A DNA stretch of 64,000 nt from Chlorokybus atmophyticus (taxonomy: Eukaryota > Plantae > Mesostigma and Chlorokybus algae). The stretch lies in the NCBI GenBank assembly GCA_009103225.1, contig RHPI01002533.1, forward strand, positions 1,679,186 through 1,743,185, given 5' to 3'. Numbering within the stretch: position 1 is the first letter of the stretch; every line of letters starts with the position of its first letter. Below are positions 1 through 13,299 of this stretch, piece after piece. A model generated the notes under the pieces. It worked only from the letters and a program-made list of their open reading frames with translations, was not told the origin of the DNA and did no database searches. Position numbers and translations under genes: made by a program.

Positions 1-427
1 CAAGCACGCAAGTGTGCAACATGCAAATGCACACAATTATTACAGCCTTGCAGTGCTATGTCACATGACAGTGTCAGATCTCATTATGGTTAACTCGAGA
101 TAGCTTCATGTCAAAGTTGCAACCATGTTTGTTGTAACTTACAACTTCTCACAAGTTATGCTAACACCGATGTTCAATAGTACTCACATGCTTATGTTGC
201 GAAAGAGAGCATATCAAGAATAATATGATTATTACGTTCAAATTCTGATTACAATGGCATGTACAAAATATAAGATGCTGGGATTGTGCGTCAAGATTCT
301 TTATTGATACAAGTATGGAATCTTGCATGTGTAATAATTCGTAAATCACAAAAAACACTAATGTTTGCATAGATAAGGTGATGCACACGCGTATATTGAC
401 GCTATAACATTATGTTACAAATTTACA

Positions 428-454
428 ACACACACACACACACACACACACACA
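428..454. repeat. (CA)n microsatellite in an AT-rich intergenic region
   Basis: Directly visible run of about 13 CA units. Confidence 0.95.
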
Positions 455-2399
455 TCTTATACTTAAACATGACGTGCTACTTGAAAAACCTTTTGATTGT
501 GTTGTCGACATGCAATTCAATAATCAAAATCAATGCCATGCATACACTCATAAACGATATACGTTAACATGTTACAACAACGTGTTGCCATTGCTTGGTG
601 GAATGTGTATTATTGAAAATAAATGCAACTTATCGCCGTCTCCAATTCCAACATCTTGAAAGTCATTCGTTACAGCGTGCCTCGGGGATGATTTTGTTCG
701 TTTATTTACTCTATTCATAGTTATGCTATCCTACTTAACATGATATATCACGATATATCATATGACATGACAACAATTGTGAACATTGACACCCGCACGG
801 ATACATGCTCAATTAAGACTGCCAAGGTATGCATCAAGACTTCCATGAAGCATGAGTCATGCTGCATGACCAAGAGGGGTGACATGATAACAAGTGACGA
901 GTACAGGTGGGTACAATGGTGACACTCGTTGCCTTCTACATGCGGGTCTGACCCGGTAACACCTCTCCAAGGGCTGACTATTTTTAGCTTCGCCATGCAC
1001 GCTCATGAAAGCACTTGCGCGATGCATGCAAGAGGTCTCACACGCTTTGTGTGACAAGCCAGTGCGCTATTTAAAGTCAGTGCTGGTAGCTGCACAGCAG
1101 CAGCAGCAGCAGCAGCACTGCTTGTGTGTAGCGCCTTTCGCGTACTTGCAGCGGGCGGCAGAAGGCGCAAGCGACATGAGGAGCTAGTGTCTGCAGGCGG
1201 GGTGCAGGCCTCACTGAGTCTGTGAGGTGAGTCACTGAGTCTGGCAGACTGGTACAGTGCTTCAGTTGCTCCAGCAGTGTGTTGCAACTGTTTGACTAAT
1301 CCTCCAGCCATTGGTGAGTGGGCATGCAGGCGGCAAACAGCCACAGCCTCTCGATGTTCCTGCCGCTTGCCTCAAAGTGGTCAGCTTGACACGCTCTGTG
1401 CTGCATGCACTAGTTGCGTGCAAGGCCGCCTTGCATGCAGCTAATGCATGCGCATGTAGACGGTCTGTTTGTAGGCGCAGCTTAGCTTGGTCATGTCATG
1501 CTTGCTGTTTAAAAATAGTCTCATACCTAGTGCATGAGCACTACAGCTGGGATGGTTAGTGACATAGCAAGCTCAGGCAGCACTTGGACGCACTGCTGCT
1601 GCTGCTGGCAACTGACCCATTGTGTGCTCCACTGGGCAGAAGCTGCTAGTGCCCGCCTTGGCCTCGTCGGATTGGTAGCTGCCAGTACTTATCACGACGT
1701 AGAGGCTGCCTTGCTACGCTGACAAGCTTACAAGCATCCATTGCGTCAGCTGCAATGAGGTGAGCTTCACTCAGGCTGCAGAGTAGGCAGCCTGACGGTC
1801 TTCAACGTAGTTAATCGTCATTCGGGATGGCTGTGACGTGTGCAACATACATGAGAACCTGAACACAGTTTATGAACTAGGCCATTGAACTTGTCGTTTC
1901 AACGAATTAAGTCAGAAACGCATTGCTTGACTTGTTGAATGTGTGGTCCAGTCCTGCCTAGAACTTCTCAGCTTTTGAAGCCAAGACACTCAGTGCATAG
2001 GCTCAAATATTTTGCAAGGCATGCATGCTTTCGTCATTGCATACAGTGTGTGGTAAGGTTCTTGCGGGACACTGGCCAGCTGAGCTCCTGATCATTTCTC
2101 ATTATAGTTTGCAACGGACTGAACTGGTGATCAGTACCCTCAGCTTCACCTGCGAGTGTTGTGCATGCAGCCAAGCTTGCTACAAGCAGAGCTGGCGTGA
2201 AGCTTGTTGCCGGCTCTGCTAGCATCAACAAAGGGTTGAGTCTGTTGCATTCAGGCTCACTGATATGTAAGCAGATAAGTTCGCATGGCAGCTTCATTGT
2301 CCAAGCACTCAATCAGTTGTGCTGCGTCTGATGGTGTATACTTGTCTTCTGGGACATGTTGCCACCTGGCGTGCTGTGTACATGCTAGGTGAGTGCAAG

Positions 2400-4022
2400 C
2401 ATGGCGATGGAGATGAGCACAGGAGAGGCTGATGACACGGCGCTCACGCTCACTCAATCGTGGGAGTTGTTGTCGCAAACACAGTCTGTGAGTATCACAC
2501 AGCAACCCAGTGAGGAAGTTCGGCAAGTGTTTCGCGCCGCGTTTGGATCGGAGCTTGGTTTACGCGTCGACGACCAGGGGACTGTCTGTTGCGTGTTTTG
2601 CTGTAGCAGCAGGGATTGCGGGGCGACTACCTCAACGCTGCAATCGCTCAGGCAAGTTTGCAGATCAAGCGCAACGTGTCGTGGCTGACTTTCTGATCAC
2701 ACCTGCACTTCATCGAGGTTGGGCCTTGCATGGGGCTGAAAACTGCTGGTACTGGCACAGTGCACAGCAGACTGTGACTGTCATGGCAGTCTCTCTACAC
2801 TGGCAGGGCACGGTGTGGCTTTCACAGCTTTTGCAACTGCTCATGCAGCACATGCAGTGATGCGCATCATGCCTTACAACACTATCAGCTCTACGTACAT
2901 TGCGCTGGCTAGCCAGACATTTCTGTACTCGTACAGCATACCAGTTGTCAAACCGTTAACACAAGAGTTCGTCCGTTCACTGTTTGCTCGACATTGCCTT
3001 GTTGCCACTATGCACCAGTAGTCAGGCACCCTCCGTTTGACTGGTTATGCGCATAGCATGCTGCCCGACTTACAACACAGGTGAAATCCCATGATCTCAG
3101 GAGTGACTGGTTAGAGCAGGTGTCCGGGATCGCATATGATGGCCGCTGTAAGGCGAGAAGTGGCTTTCCTGAAAGCTGAAGCTGCTCAGCCAACGCCGTC
3201 AACAGCGGACATCGTTACAAACTTTTTGGACTTCTGTGCAGTCCAGCCATTGCGGCGTCCAGTTGATGGAGCAGCACTGTACACCCAATTCATGCAGGTT
3301 GTGCGCACGCGTATTCACGCACAGCGACGGTCACGCACGCACGCATAAGGTCACTCAAGGCTTATCATGCGCAGGTTGGTGTTGACTCAGCCGCACAGGA
3401 AGCCGAGGGATGGTTGCGACAGCAAGCGGCTTCTTGGCTGCAGAGGCAGTTCTCCAACAAGTTGTTGAAGTTGCAATGCAACCGTATTATGACTCAGCTC
3501 ACCAGGTAATAGGCTGCACGCAACATGTTGACACAGAAAACGTTGCTGGTCTCAAGAAACACGTCTGTCATTGATAGGCTGGAGTTGCTGGCGCTCAATG
3601 CAAGTGACGTCCGCATTCTGATCAGAATGCTTGAGGACGTTGACATGGATGCATGGGCGAGCAGCATGCGTACAAAACACCCTGGAGCAGACCTCATTGG
3701 CTTGGAGGCTAGCGTCCGGACGGTCCTGTCCGTTGTTCAGCACTTGGAGGCTGGATGCTCCATGCTCCAGACTGTCCCCAACAACAACAGCGACATACAC
3801 CGCCGCTGCCAGGGCATCACCAACCAGGGCAAACGCTGCAAGGTGGAGTGGCACTGCAGCGCGCGCAACAAGTGCCATCCGTCCGCGCAAACCTTAGCGT
3901 ATGGAGCAGCATTTTGCAGGATGCATATTGGGCCGCCATCATTGGGGCAAGCAAGCAGCTCACAGGGCTTCTACAGCCGTAACATCCTCCACATGGAACA
4001 AGGGGACGAGTCTGCCACATAA
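2400..4022 (+). CDS. Putative spliced gene or TE-derived gene of unknown function, with a C-terminal CxGxTxxGxxC...CxxH Zn-binding-like motif; boundaries uncertain
   Basis: Protein-like ORF pieces at 2510-2860, 3136-3296, 3374-3505 and 3525-4022. There is a plausible GT-AG intron at about 3297-3373 (atgcag|gttgtg...gcgcag|gttggt). The last ORF contains RRCQGITNQGKRC...FCRMH. Confidence 0.35.
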
Positions 4023-4699
4023 CCTGGAGTTGGTACTTCACTGCGGCAGTGCTAACATGCATTGCAGTGAACAATCGTTGTTGTTCGCCAACCAAGGCTG
4101 CACATCGCTTGTCAAGCAGAAGCGTGTACTTGTTTGTACTCCTTGCCGTAAGCCTACGAAAAGCTGTGAGAGACAAAGGTGAATCCGTTTGATGCTATGC
4201 ACCACTGCAAGCAACATGGCCGCAAGCGGGTGAGACTTGCAGCAGTCTGCACATTACAAGCAGTCCTAGGATGCCTTGAAGCTGGCAAGTGTGCTTATGA
4301 TGCCAGCCACAACCAGCCAAATCAAACTCTCAACAGTTATCCTGATAGGCCTCCACCATGTTGGCCAGAGTAACATCTGTCAAGCAGCCAAATGTACTGT
4401 AAGAGCCAAGCCAAGTCAGAATTGGTCTGTTGCACCAATTACAGCTTGAAAACAGGTGTGCAACGTGGCCACTTCCAGCACTGCACAGACACATCATGCC
4501 GAATCTGAGGGAAGCAAACACGGACCCAAGCGTGACATAAACTTTAACTCAGAGTGCAGTACAGCAAGGTGATGCTGCAATAAAGGCAGCATCGCGAGCA
4601 GCCAGATTCTACTTATACAATGACTACAAGCTTATTGTGCAGCACGCCATTGCTGCGATGTGCTGGTAGTCTGTCCGTCAAGGGATTGGGGTGTTGAGG

Positions 4700-7600
4700 T
4701 TATGGTTCAGGAAGCGAAGTTAGTTGCATCTGCTCGTGTTGATGCATTGCTGCCGCCTGATCACCACCGGGTTGCTGGTGCATCTGAAGGGGATGTGGCA
4801 GCATGCTGGTGTCAATCTGCGCATGTTGATGCAACTCTGCTGCCGCCTTATCACCAACCAATTGCTGCTGCATCTGGAGGGGATGTGGCAACATGCTGGT
4901 GTCAATCTGCGCATGTTGCTGCAACTGTGCTGCCGCCTGATCGCCGATCGATTGCTGCTGCTGCTGCTGCTGCATCTGAAGGGGATGTGGCAACATGCTG
5001 GTGTCCATCTGCGCATGTTGATGAAACTGTGCTGCCGCCTGATCACCGACCATTTGCTGCTGTTGCTGCACCTGAAGGGGATGTGGCAACATGCTGGTGT
5101 CCATCTGCGCATGTTGATGCAACTGTGCTGCCGCCTGATTGCCGACCGATTGCTGCTGCGGCATCTGAAGGGGATGTGGCAACATGCTGGTGTCCAGCTG
5201 CGCATGTCGATGAAACTCTGCCGCCGCCTGATCACCAACCAATTGCTGCTGCTGCTGCTGCTGCTGCTGCATCTGATGGGGATGTGGCAACATGCTGGTG
5301 TCCATGTGCTCATGTTGATGCAACTCTGCTGCCGCCTGACCACCGACAGATCGCTGCTGCTGCGGCATCTGAAGGGGATGTGGCAACATGCTGGTGTCCA
5401 ACTGAGGCACATTCTGTTGCTGATGCTGGGTTGGGTTCGGCATGGAGGGTTCAGGCTGATTAGATGGCACCCCTGTATGGTGATTATGCAGCATGGACGC
5501 ATCCAACTCTTCACTAGGCGAGCCACTTTCAGCAGGCTGCGGATCGTCCGAGTACGACATCTGCAAGCTGTCGAGCGCAGAGGAAGGGCCTGTTTGTGCA
5601 CTTGGAGCGGCCAAACTAACAGCTTCTGCAGTTGGTGCAGTGGCTTCAACGCTGTGAGCGCTGCTGTCCACCATCATTGGTGACGCGCTACCAGCAGGGT
5701 TGTTCAGCGTCCCCATCTGCGCGTATATCAATCCATCATGACCACCATTGCGAATTGAAGCATGCCTCATGCTAAGCTGTGTGTGCTGCATCGTCACAAT
5801 GGATTATTTATGCAAACTATGCACCTGTTCAGGAGCAGTTTTTTCAATGCCTGTCGCAGTGTTGTTCACACTTGACATGCCAGCAGCAGTGTCGTGGCCA
5901 GGTACAGCGCTATGGTCAATAGCATCAGCTTCAAGCTTCACTTGCAACGCATGTTGCTGATACAGCTGAGGCTGCGGCATGCCACTGTGGTGGGGAGCCT
6001 CTGACTCCATTTTGACGGGTACATCATGAGGGTGGTACAGCTGGCACACAGTGGACAGTCGTCAATTAGTGCATATCGCAAGCAAGTCTGATAACCAGTG
6101 CACAAGATGTTCGCTATGCACAGCATAGCAACAAGGCCAGAGAGTGTCCCAGCATCCCAGCTGACAGCCAACACACTACCTGCTGCTCTGAAGCTGTGTG
6201 TGCTGTTCCTGCTTGTTGACTCATGGGGGATTGCATCCCTGGTGACAACACCACTGGCTGCGGGACAGTGTCCTTGAATATGCGCTTTCTCCTCTTCTTC
6301 TGCGGTGGCTTGAAGAAGTTTGGAGGGAGGCGCGTGAGAGAGGATGCTTCCGATAACTCCCGCAACTTATCGTCTCCAGCAAACAGCATCCCGCGCATCG
6401 CCTTGCCATTGATGTTGGTAGAGATCACAAACCCAAAATGAAAAACATCATCTATTGTTGCCACGAACTGCGGGTTGATGCCACCTGGGCCAGTTCGCAG
6501 TGGGTCCACCGAAGTAAATGGCACTGCGCCAAGATGGCCTGCAAGGGCTGCAATACAAACTACCTTACAACTCGGCACTTCAGCAACACTGAGCAGCGGA
6601 ATGTCTTGAGTGACGTGCTTGCTGAGTTGATGCCGTATGTGTGTTAAGATACATGCGAAACTGCGTTATGCATGCAAGTTGCAACCTGGTGATGGTCAGT
6701 ACCTGTCTGTGGCCACCCCTTTATGCCCTTGGGATCTTTGGCCTGATCGCGCAACTTCCGTCGCTTCGCAAGGGCTGGCACTTCAAGGTCTGCGCAAGAA
6801 ACCTCAGTTGTCATGGCGCACTGCTTTCCATGCCGTATTTTGACCCACCAAGTGCTGTGAAATGAATGCCAATACTGGGGCCTATTGACATAACCTGGAA
6901 CGCCAACCACAAACCTAGTGCATAGCATGCTCATAATGCAGCCTTCAAGTACGCACAGTACTTTACAACGGTGAAGGGAATGGCATGGCAATGACGTCGT
7001 TAGTTAGGGCGATGACGTCATCAGTGAGTGCAACGACAAGGTGTTACAATGCTTGCAGCCAGCATGAGCTCTGTGTTGTTACCTGTTTCCAGATAGAACA
7101 GATCATCCATTCCCTCCAGATTCTCATTGCAACCGCCATAGCCGAATATCCTCCCATGCTCATTGACCACATCAAAAGGCATGGTGAACCTTGCTGAGGG
7201 AGGTGTGCCCACAGCTCGCGGGGCGGACCACATGCCAGTTTCTGTCCCAACAACACAGCTCAAGAATGCAGAGTGTGTTTTCTTTTACACAATCACTGCA
7301 TGCGAGATACAATGCTGCCAAGGCCTAAGCCAAGCTCACCCAAGTCCAGCATATGCAAGTCATTGAAGAGGCGCTTGTTCTCCGTAAAACCCCCAAATGT
7401 TATCATCCTGTCTCCAATAACTGTACATGCATGACCCGCACGAGACGACATGGTCACACCCTTGGCCTTTAACAACCTCCAGGTCAGGGTTGCTGCACAT
7501 GACAGCATGTTAGCCTGCTGCTGATGGCTGCGCATATTTGATTCGTCAACATAGCCCTCACGAACTTACTTGTGTCAAATATATGCACATCATTGAAGTA

Positions 7601-8888
7601 GTGATTTTGGCCATCTTCTCCACCAACAATCACCAGGTTGTTGCGCCATGCAAAGCAGCCATGGCTGTCACGCGAAACTGGGGGCGTTCCCTTCACGCGT
7701 AACTTGGACCATACCATTGCCTCTGAAACAAACTCGCATCAGGAGCTACAGCTCAAGCCACAAACGTGATTGCCTTATCCAATTGATGATTCTCACACAG
7801 TCATTATGCGGGCACTGCAGCTACTCATCTTCCTGTCACAAGCACAGCAGGATGCGGTTTGACTGCGTCCTGGACACATAGACTCACTGACTTGATGCAT
7901 GCAAGCATGCAATGCAGTTGCTCACGCTGCGTCTGCAAGACGCATGTACAACTTCAATAACAGGTCACCAACCTGTATCCAAGCACCAGACATCGTTGTA
8001 GTACGTCTCCTGTGGAGGGTAAGTTGTGGTTGATCGCCCGCAACCCCCAAATATGAACAAGTTCTTGCCAATGGCTGCAGCGCCATGACCTTCTCTACCC
8101 TCTGGCAGGTCTCCGTGAGTGATTTGGGGCTTGGTCCAGAGATGTGTCACTGCAACGCATGCAATCAACATGCATGTACGGCATGTATTACGCAGAATAT
8201 GTGTGACCTGGACTGGCACAAGGCCATCATATTACTCTTGCTGAAAGGGATGACATGCTGCACCTGTATCAAAGATGTATATGTCGTTGAGAGCGCTCAC
8301 TCCATCTGTCCCACCAAAGACAAACAACCTGTGACCAATCGCTGTGCAGGTGTGACTGTCTCTTGGCTTGGGAAGGTCACCCTTGACGCGTGGCTTTGTC
8401 CACACCGTCTTGACTGCAACCATCATGTTACAACGCCGCACTTCCATCCATATGCATGCATACGCACGAAGGCCTTAACCGCTGCTGGTAACAAAATTTG
8501 CTTCTAGTACGTGTCGTCAATGCTAGAGCTTCTGTTCTTAACGTGATTTGCTGGTAAGTAGACAATGCATGACCTTCAGTGAGTTGCAGTACCCTGACAA
8601 AGTGCAGAGTCGTGTAAACGCCTGCTCAAGCCTACATGCAGTACATCTGCTGTCTATGCTAAGCTACCCCAATTGAGACTAGAGCTGGCAGTATGTACCT
8701 GGATCAAAGGAGAAAATCTCCGCTGTGGGCTGCTCGTTTCTGCCGTAGCCGCCGAACACATAAATGCCGGCAGAGTTGGTGACGCTTACGGTGTGACCCC
8801 AACGCTGGCCTGGCCCAGAGCCCGTCCGGCCCCCAACCTGCACCTTCTCCCACCGGAAGCTGGGCAATCTGCTGCCGCCCGCAGCCAT
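4700..8888 (-). CDS. Kelch/galactose-oxidase-repeat protein (plant At1g74150/At1g18610-like) with a C-terminal FxAxIxxxFxxGFxIxxxINGKxMRGxLF domain and a Gln-rich repeat tail; multi-exon
   Basis: Successive exons encode kelch blades: GQRWGHTVS..YVFGG, PRDSHTCT..LFVFGG, GREGHGAA..LFIFGG, SRDSHGC..VIVGG, SRAGHAC..ITFGG, SARFTMP..FGYGG. Exon ~6180-6530 encodes FVATIDDVFHFGFVISTNINGKAMRGMLF. In-frame splices at 6179/6041 and 5824/5777 lead into ORF 4700-5776. The ATG is at 8888 (the track's 8912 start is GTG). Confidence 0.85.
4720..5400. repeat. Coding minisatellite: 7 copies of a ~90-108 bp unit with embedded (GCT)n/(CAG)n
   Basis: The core GGGGATGTGGCA(A/G)CATGCTGGTGTC recurs at about 4789, 4879, 4981, 5077, 5170, 5278 and 5374. 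The minus strand encodes DTSMLPHPLQM(Q)n..GDQAAAxLHQHAQ. Confidence 0.95.
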
Positions 8889-9083
8889 GCTGCCGCCCGC
8901 ACTCGCCCCCACAACCCTGAAACTCTACTCAACCTCAGCGGGGCAGCCAGTGGACAGCTCCGCGCACATGTCAACCCACGGCGACCATATCGTCACGAAC
9001 AAATCTTCCTTGCCAACACCATCCCGCCGTCGCCACCGTCGCCGCCGCCCACACCGCCGGCTACACCGCTCTCAACGACTAGC

Positions 9084-9091
9084 AAACCCTA
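9084..9091 (+). promoter_or_regulatory. Telo-box (AAACCCTA) upstream of the kelch gene
   Basis: Exact AAACCCTA about 200 bp upstream of the ATG at 8888. Confidence 0.4.
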
Positions 9092-10032
9092 GCGTCACTG
9101 CCCGGGCGCAGAGCCTTCCGCAGACCCGCACAGCGCGACACTCGCATGAAATTCGGCCCTCTCATTGCGCGGGAAAATGAGGTCCCGACAGGAGCCTAGA
9201 AGCGGAGCCCTGTTCAGGATCAGATGTACTGGAACAGGACGTTTGTGTGGGACCCGTTTGGGACGTACACGTGCTGCTTTGCCGCTGCTCGCTGTAATGA
9301 TGGACCGGCCAGCCGAGAGTAACGTTAGTTGTAAGCCGTTACGATGCTTCAGGTGGAGTTCTTCCTGCTGTGCGCGGCTGGCCGCGGGCGTTGTACGTGG
9401 AAAGTAACGTGCGCCGTGCAAGGCGTTGCCCTCAAGTAACGAGTGAGTAGAGCGCGGCATCGTGTAACGTTGCCGCGCAGCGCGTCCTTTTTAGTTGAGC
9501 TACATAACTGAGCCACACCGGTACTGCAGCGGCGGTACAGCTTCGGCGGCGGCGGCATTGAGGTAGGTGCGGTCTGTCGTATGGCTAAACCCTCTGGTTG
9601 TCGTTCTTCATCTGGTGTCCTTCTGCATGCTTGCTGCCTGCCTGATGCATAACCTGACGTGATGGCTCTTGTGCAACGTGTGTACTTCTTGGCTTGCTGG
9701 CTTGCTGGCCTACTTGCTTGCTGAGCACCTTGCATACCAGCTGTCGCGTTGGTCGAAAGCGCTTGAACAAGCCGATGTGCTCTATGTGTTTGTGTCACTG
9801 GCAAGTCCAATATGTGTCTTGTAGTGAGTTGACAAGCTCTGCTGCCTGACTCACCATTTGGTGTGATGGCTCTTATGCCACTAGTGTACTTGCTTGCTTA
9901 CTTGGCGTGGCTTGATCTTGTCGCATATCAGCTTCATTGATGGTTCAACTTGTTGATTGGACAGCTTGCATTGCTGCAAGCAACCGTTGACATGTGTGAA
10001 TGCATGTATAGGTGAAGGCGTCAGCAGGGCTG

Positions 10033-11686
10033 ATGGCGTCTGCGGCGGTGTCTCTGTCGATGTTGCTGTCAACGTTGCTGCTGTTGGCGCTGTCTGGCGG
10101 CGCCTCAGCGGCGACGTGGGTCGTCGGCGATAGCGGCGGCTGGGGCTTTGGCGTGGACTATGCCGCCTGGGCGGCTGCCCACCCCAACATCAGGCAGTGC
10201 GACACATTGGGTACTCTACTAACCAGTCACACTCAATCCGATATTTGCTTGGCATCACCGTCACTTTCAGTGGTACTGAAGTGCAGTACGACAGAACTCA
10301 GTGTCACCCTGTTGTCACGAGTGCTATGAGTGGTTTGAGGCATACCCATGCGCACAGCGCATCTGCTGAGCTTGTGTTCTCCCAATTTGCTGTGTAGTGT
10401 TCAACTATGCGGCGTACCAGCACAACGTGGTAAAGTTCTCCAACGCTGCCAGCTTCAGCGCCTGCAACTTTGACACATCGAGCCAGTATGTGCAAGTCGG
10501 TGCAACGGAGGCAGGTCAAGCAAAGGTGGTTCTCGGCGACAGCTCCGCAAGTAAGCAGTCAACAAACAGCTGTTGTTGTCATTGTGCGCGTGTGCGTGCG
10601 TATATATTGGTGGGTATATGTGCTTGCGCATGTGTGCATGTGCAAGCAGCCACGCAGGGGGGGGGGGGGGGGGGGGGGGGTTTNNNNNNNNNNNNNNNNN
10701 NNNNNNNNNNNNNNNNNNNNNNNNNNNNNNNNNNNNNNNNNNNNNNNNNNNNNNNNNNNNNNNNNNNNNNNNNNNNNNNNNNNNNNNNNNNNNNNNNNNN
10801 NNNNNNNNNNNNNNNGGGGGGGGGGGAGGGGGATTCATGTTAACATTCGCGGGCTTGTGCGCGCGTGTGCGTGCGTGCGTGTTCACGCACATACATGTGA
10901 GTGCAGATGTGCATGTGTGAGTGCATGCTGTTCGCTGTGTGCGGGCGAGAAGGAAGGCATGGAGATGTCTGGCATACAGGAACCAGGAACTAATACGTGC
11001 GTTGTTGTATCTTCTCCACAGGCAGCACCTATCGCTTTGCTTGCCAGTTCTACGGCCATTGCGGTGCCGGTATGCATATGGCCTTGACTGCCAAGCCCGC
11101 AAACTGCGCCACAAAGTTCTCCAGCAGCAACCCCACCGGAGAGAACGCCAGTTTTGCCGAAAGCTACGACGCCACCAAGAAGATAACCACATTTACATAC
11201 ACCGTGGCTGTTAAGTACTACGGCAACTTTGTGAGGTCAGTTGAGAACACAGCATACGCAGACACGGACATTCCATGTTCAGCATGTACAACACACGAAT
11301 ACAACACATTCATAAAGCAATGCAAACTACTTGTATGCTATGCACCAATACAACAAGCACAACATGTAGACTGCTGACACACTCATTCGTGCAGGAGTTT
11401 TGCGGTGACGCTGCCTGCATGCGTGACGGCATCGACCATCGCCGGGTATGGCCCGACCCCGCCATCGGGCGCAAGCGCGGGCATTGCGACCATCAACGGC
11501 AAGAAGTACTTCAGGTGGAACTATGGCATCACCGCGAATGCAGGCCCTCGTGTCATCACTTACACGCTGCGCATCAAGGGCCGCATTACGCACTGCGCAG
11601 GCAGTCTCACTAGCGTGTGGGGCGCTGGCAGCAAGGTTAATACCGCAACTGGCAGCATCTGCGCGCCGGCAATTTGCTCAGCCTAG
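10033..11686 (+). CDS. Secreted phytocyanin (plantacyanin/uclacyanin-type blue copper protein) with an additional ~130-aa C-terminal domain; 4 exons
   Basis: Signal peptide MASAAVSLSMLL...GASA, then TWVVGDSGGW, DTL|VFNY..HNVV, FSAC and TYRFACQFYGHCGAGM, giving the His/Cys/His/Met copper ligands plus the disulfide cysteines. Introns at 10211-10397, 10551-11020 (contains an N gap) and ~11235-11394. Confidence 0.9.
10684..10815. other. Assembly gap (132 N) flanked by poly-G, inside a phytocyanin intron
   Basis: N run with G homopolymers on both sides. Confidence 0.99.
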
Positions 11687-13299
11687 TTTGAGCATGTGTC
11701 AAGTTTGCGTGCGTGTTCTGTTTCACTTGTTGACAGTGTAGAGTGTTTTTGTTGTATAGGCCTTAGCATTGAGAGCAAGCCGCATTTTGCAGTGCAGGTG
11801 TAGGTGTATACAGGTCGTACAGTTCATAAAGACGCAATTGTGCAGCACCGGCTGTGTGCAATAGTTCAGTGATTGTCTTGAAGCTTCAGTGTCAGCACTG
11901 AGTGTTATGGACATGGCAATTGGCAGAGCCTGTTTTGTGCTATGGTAATGCTGTTACCAAGCACCTGGAATGATTCCGAGGTGCAATGTAGTCCCATTGC
12001 TATAAACGTAGCTATGGTAGTCATGTAATCGTAGCTGTGGTAAGTACACAATGGCAAGGAAGTCATACTCATGCAAGTGTAGGCATGCGCACAAGCTTGC
12101 GCATTGGTTACACTGAGCACAGCTGTACAATTAAAGTTGCTAAGCAGTGACGAGGTGCAGCACAGTTGTGGTGACTATGTGCTGTCGATAATGGTCACCA
12201 AGCAAAGTGAATTGTGCCAAATTGCTAACTCCTGCAAGTTCTTACAGTTGCAACACTAGAGGCCACTGGCAGATGCATCAGGCACCTGCAATAGCGCACC
12301 CAGTACCCACTGATGCGAACACTAACCGATGGCTGATCACGCACAATGGAGCTCTACTTGCGGAATACGGCTGTGCATGAGAGGTACCCGTTGTTATGCC
12401 AAATCTTACACAAGATATTACCAAGATATAAACCAGCACTAGAGTCCCACCGCCGGCTAACTACCAAGATGGTCAATATACCAAAGTTAGCTACATGAAG
12501 CTAACATGTCGTTGAAGTGTGATCGCACCTACAGTTTCACTGGTATTCTTAAGGGTATGGTAGTGCTCGTGTGTGGGAACACCAGGCAAGTACCCAAGTC
12601 TAGCGTTCCTACCTGTTGCTCATCACCAACGTATGACCTTGACATGCTGCAATGCACAGTACTTGCCACAGTATATTCACCGTGCTGTACATCATGCTAC
12701 TTGTACGTTGTCATCCCGCAGACTCTGTGCCACCTGTCGCATGTTGCCATTGGAAGTCTTCAACACAACTCATTATCTGAAGAGATGGCAACCAATGATA
12801 CACAGACTGTTCAATAGCGCCTACACTACTGAGTGTTCATGATGCACTACTCAGCGTTTAGGAGAACAAGTCAGACGTAAGAAACGACGACAGGACCACA
12901 GGAAGTACAATGCCATGGACCCACAACGAGAACATGCCAAGTTAGGCATAGGTCGAAGCAATGCTGTCCAGAACAGCTTGTCAAGTCAAATAAACAAAGC
13001 GCACATCTGTTGGAGAAAGGCAAGCACTGTGAACGGTATTATGAGACTGTCTGTGAACACAACATGCCGTGCTGTTGCAGTGCTCTGAGTAGTACATTGC
13101 CTGGTGCAGTGACGGGGAACATCACATGCTGTGCTCTTGTGGTGGTGAATGGATGTGCCTGTAATGCTAACGATGTTGCATGTACAGCTCGTAGTGAGTT
13201 ACGCATGTTGTGTGTTGTCACAGTTGCTGCGTCAAAGGGTGCACTGGCTGACTGGTTGCTTGAGATCAGTAGAAAGCGGCGTACCTCGACGATGTGCGT

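Noticed and set aside
4660-5683. Four long overlapping ORFs on both strands
   Set aside because: They result from a stop-free coding minisatellite. Only the minus-strand frame 4700-5776 splices into the kelch gene.
6990-7025. CTGATGA followed by a short stem (hammerhead-like) on the minus strand
   Set aside because: The CGTC/GACG stem is not followed by GAAA, and the site lies in a kelch-gene intron.
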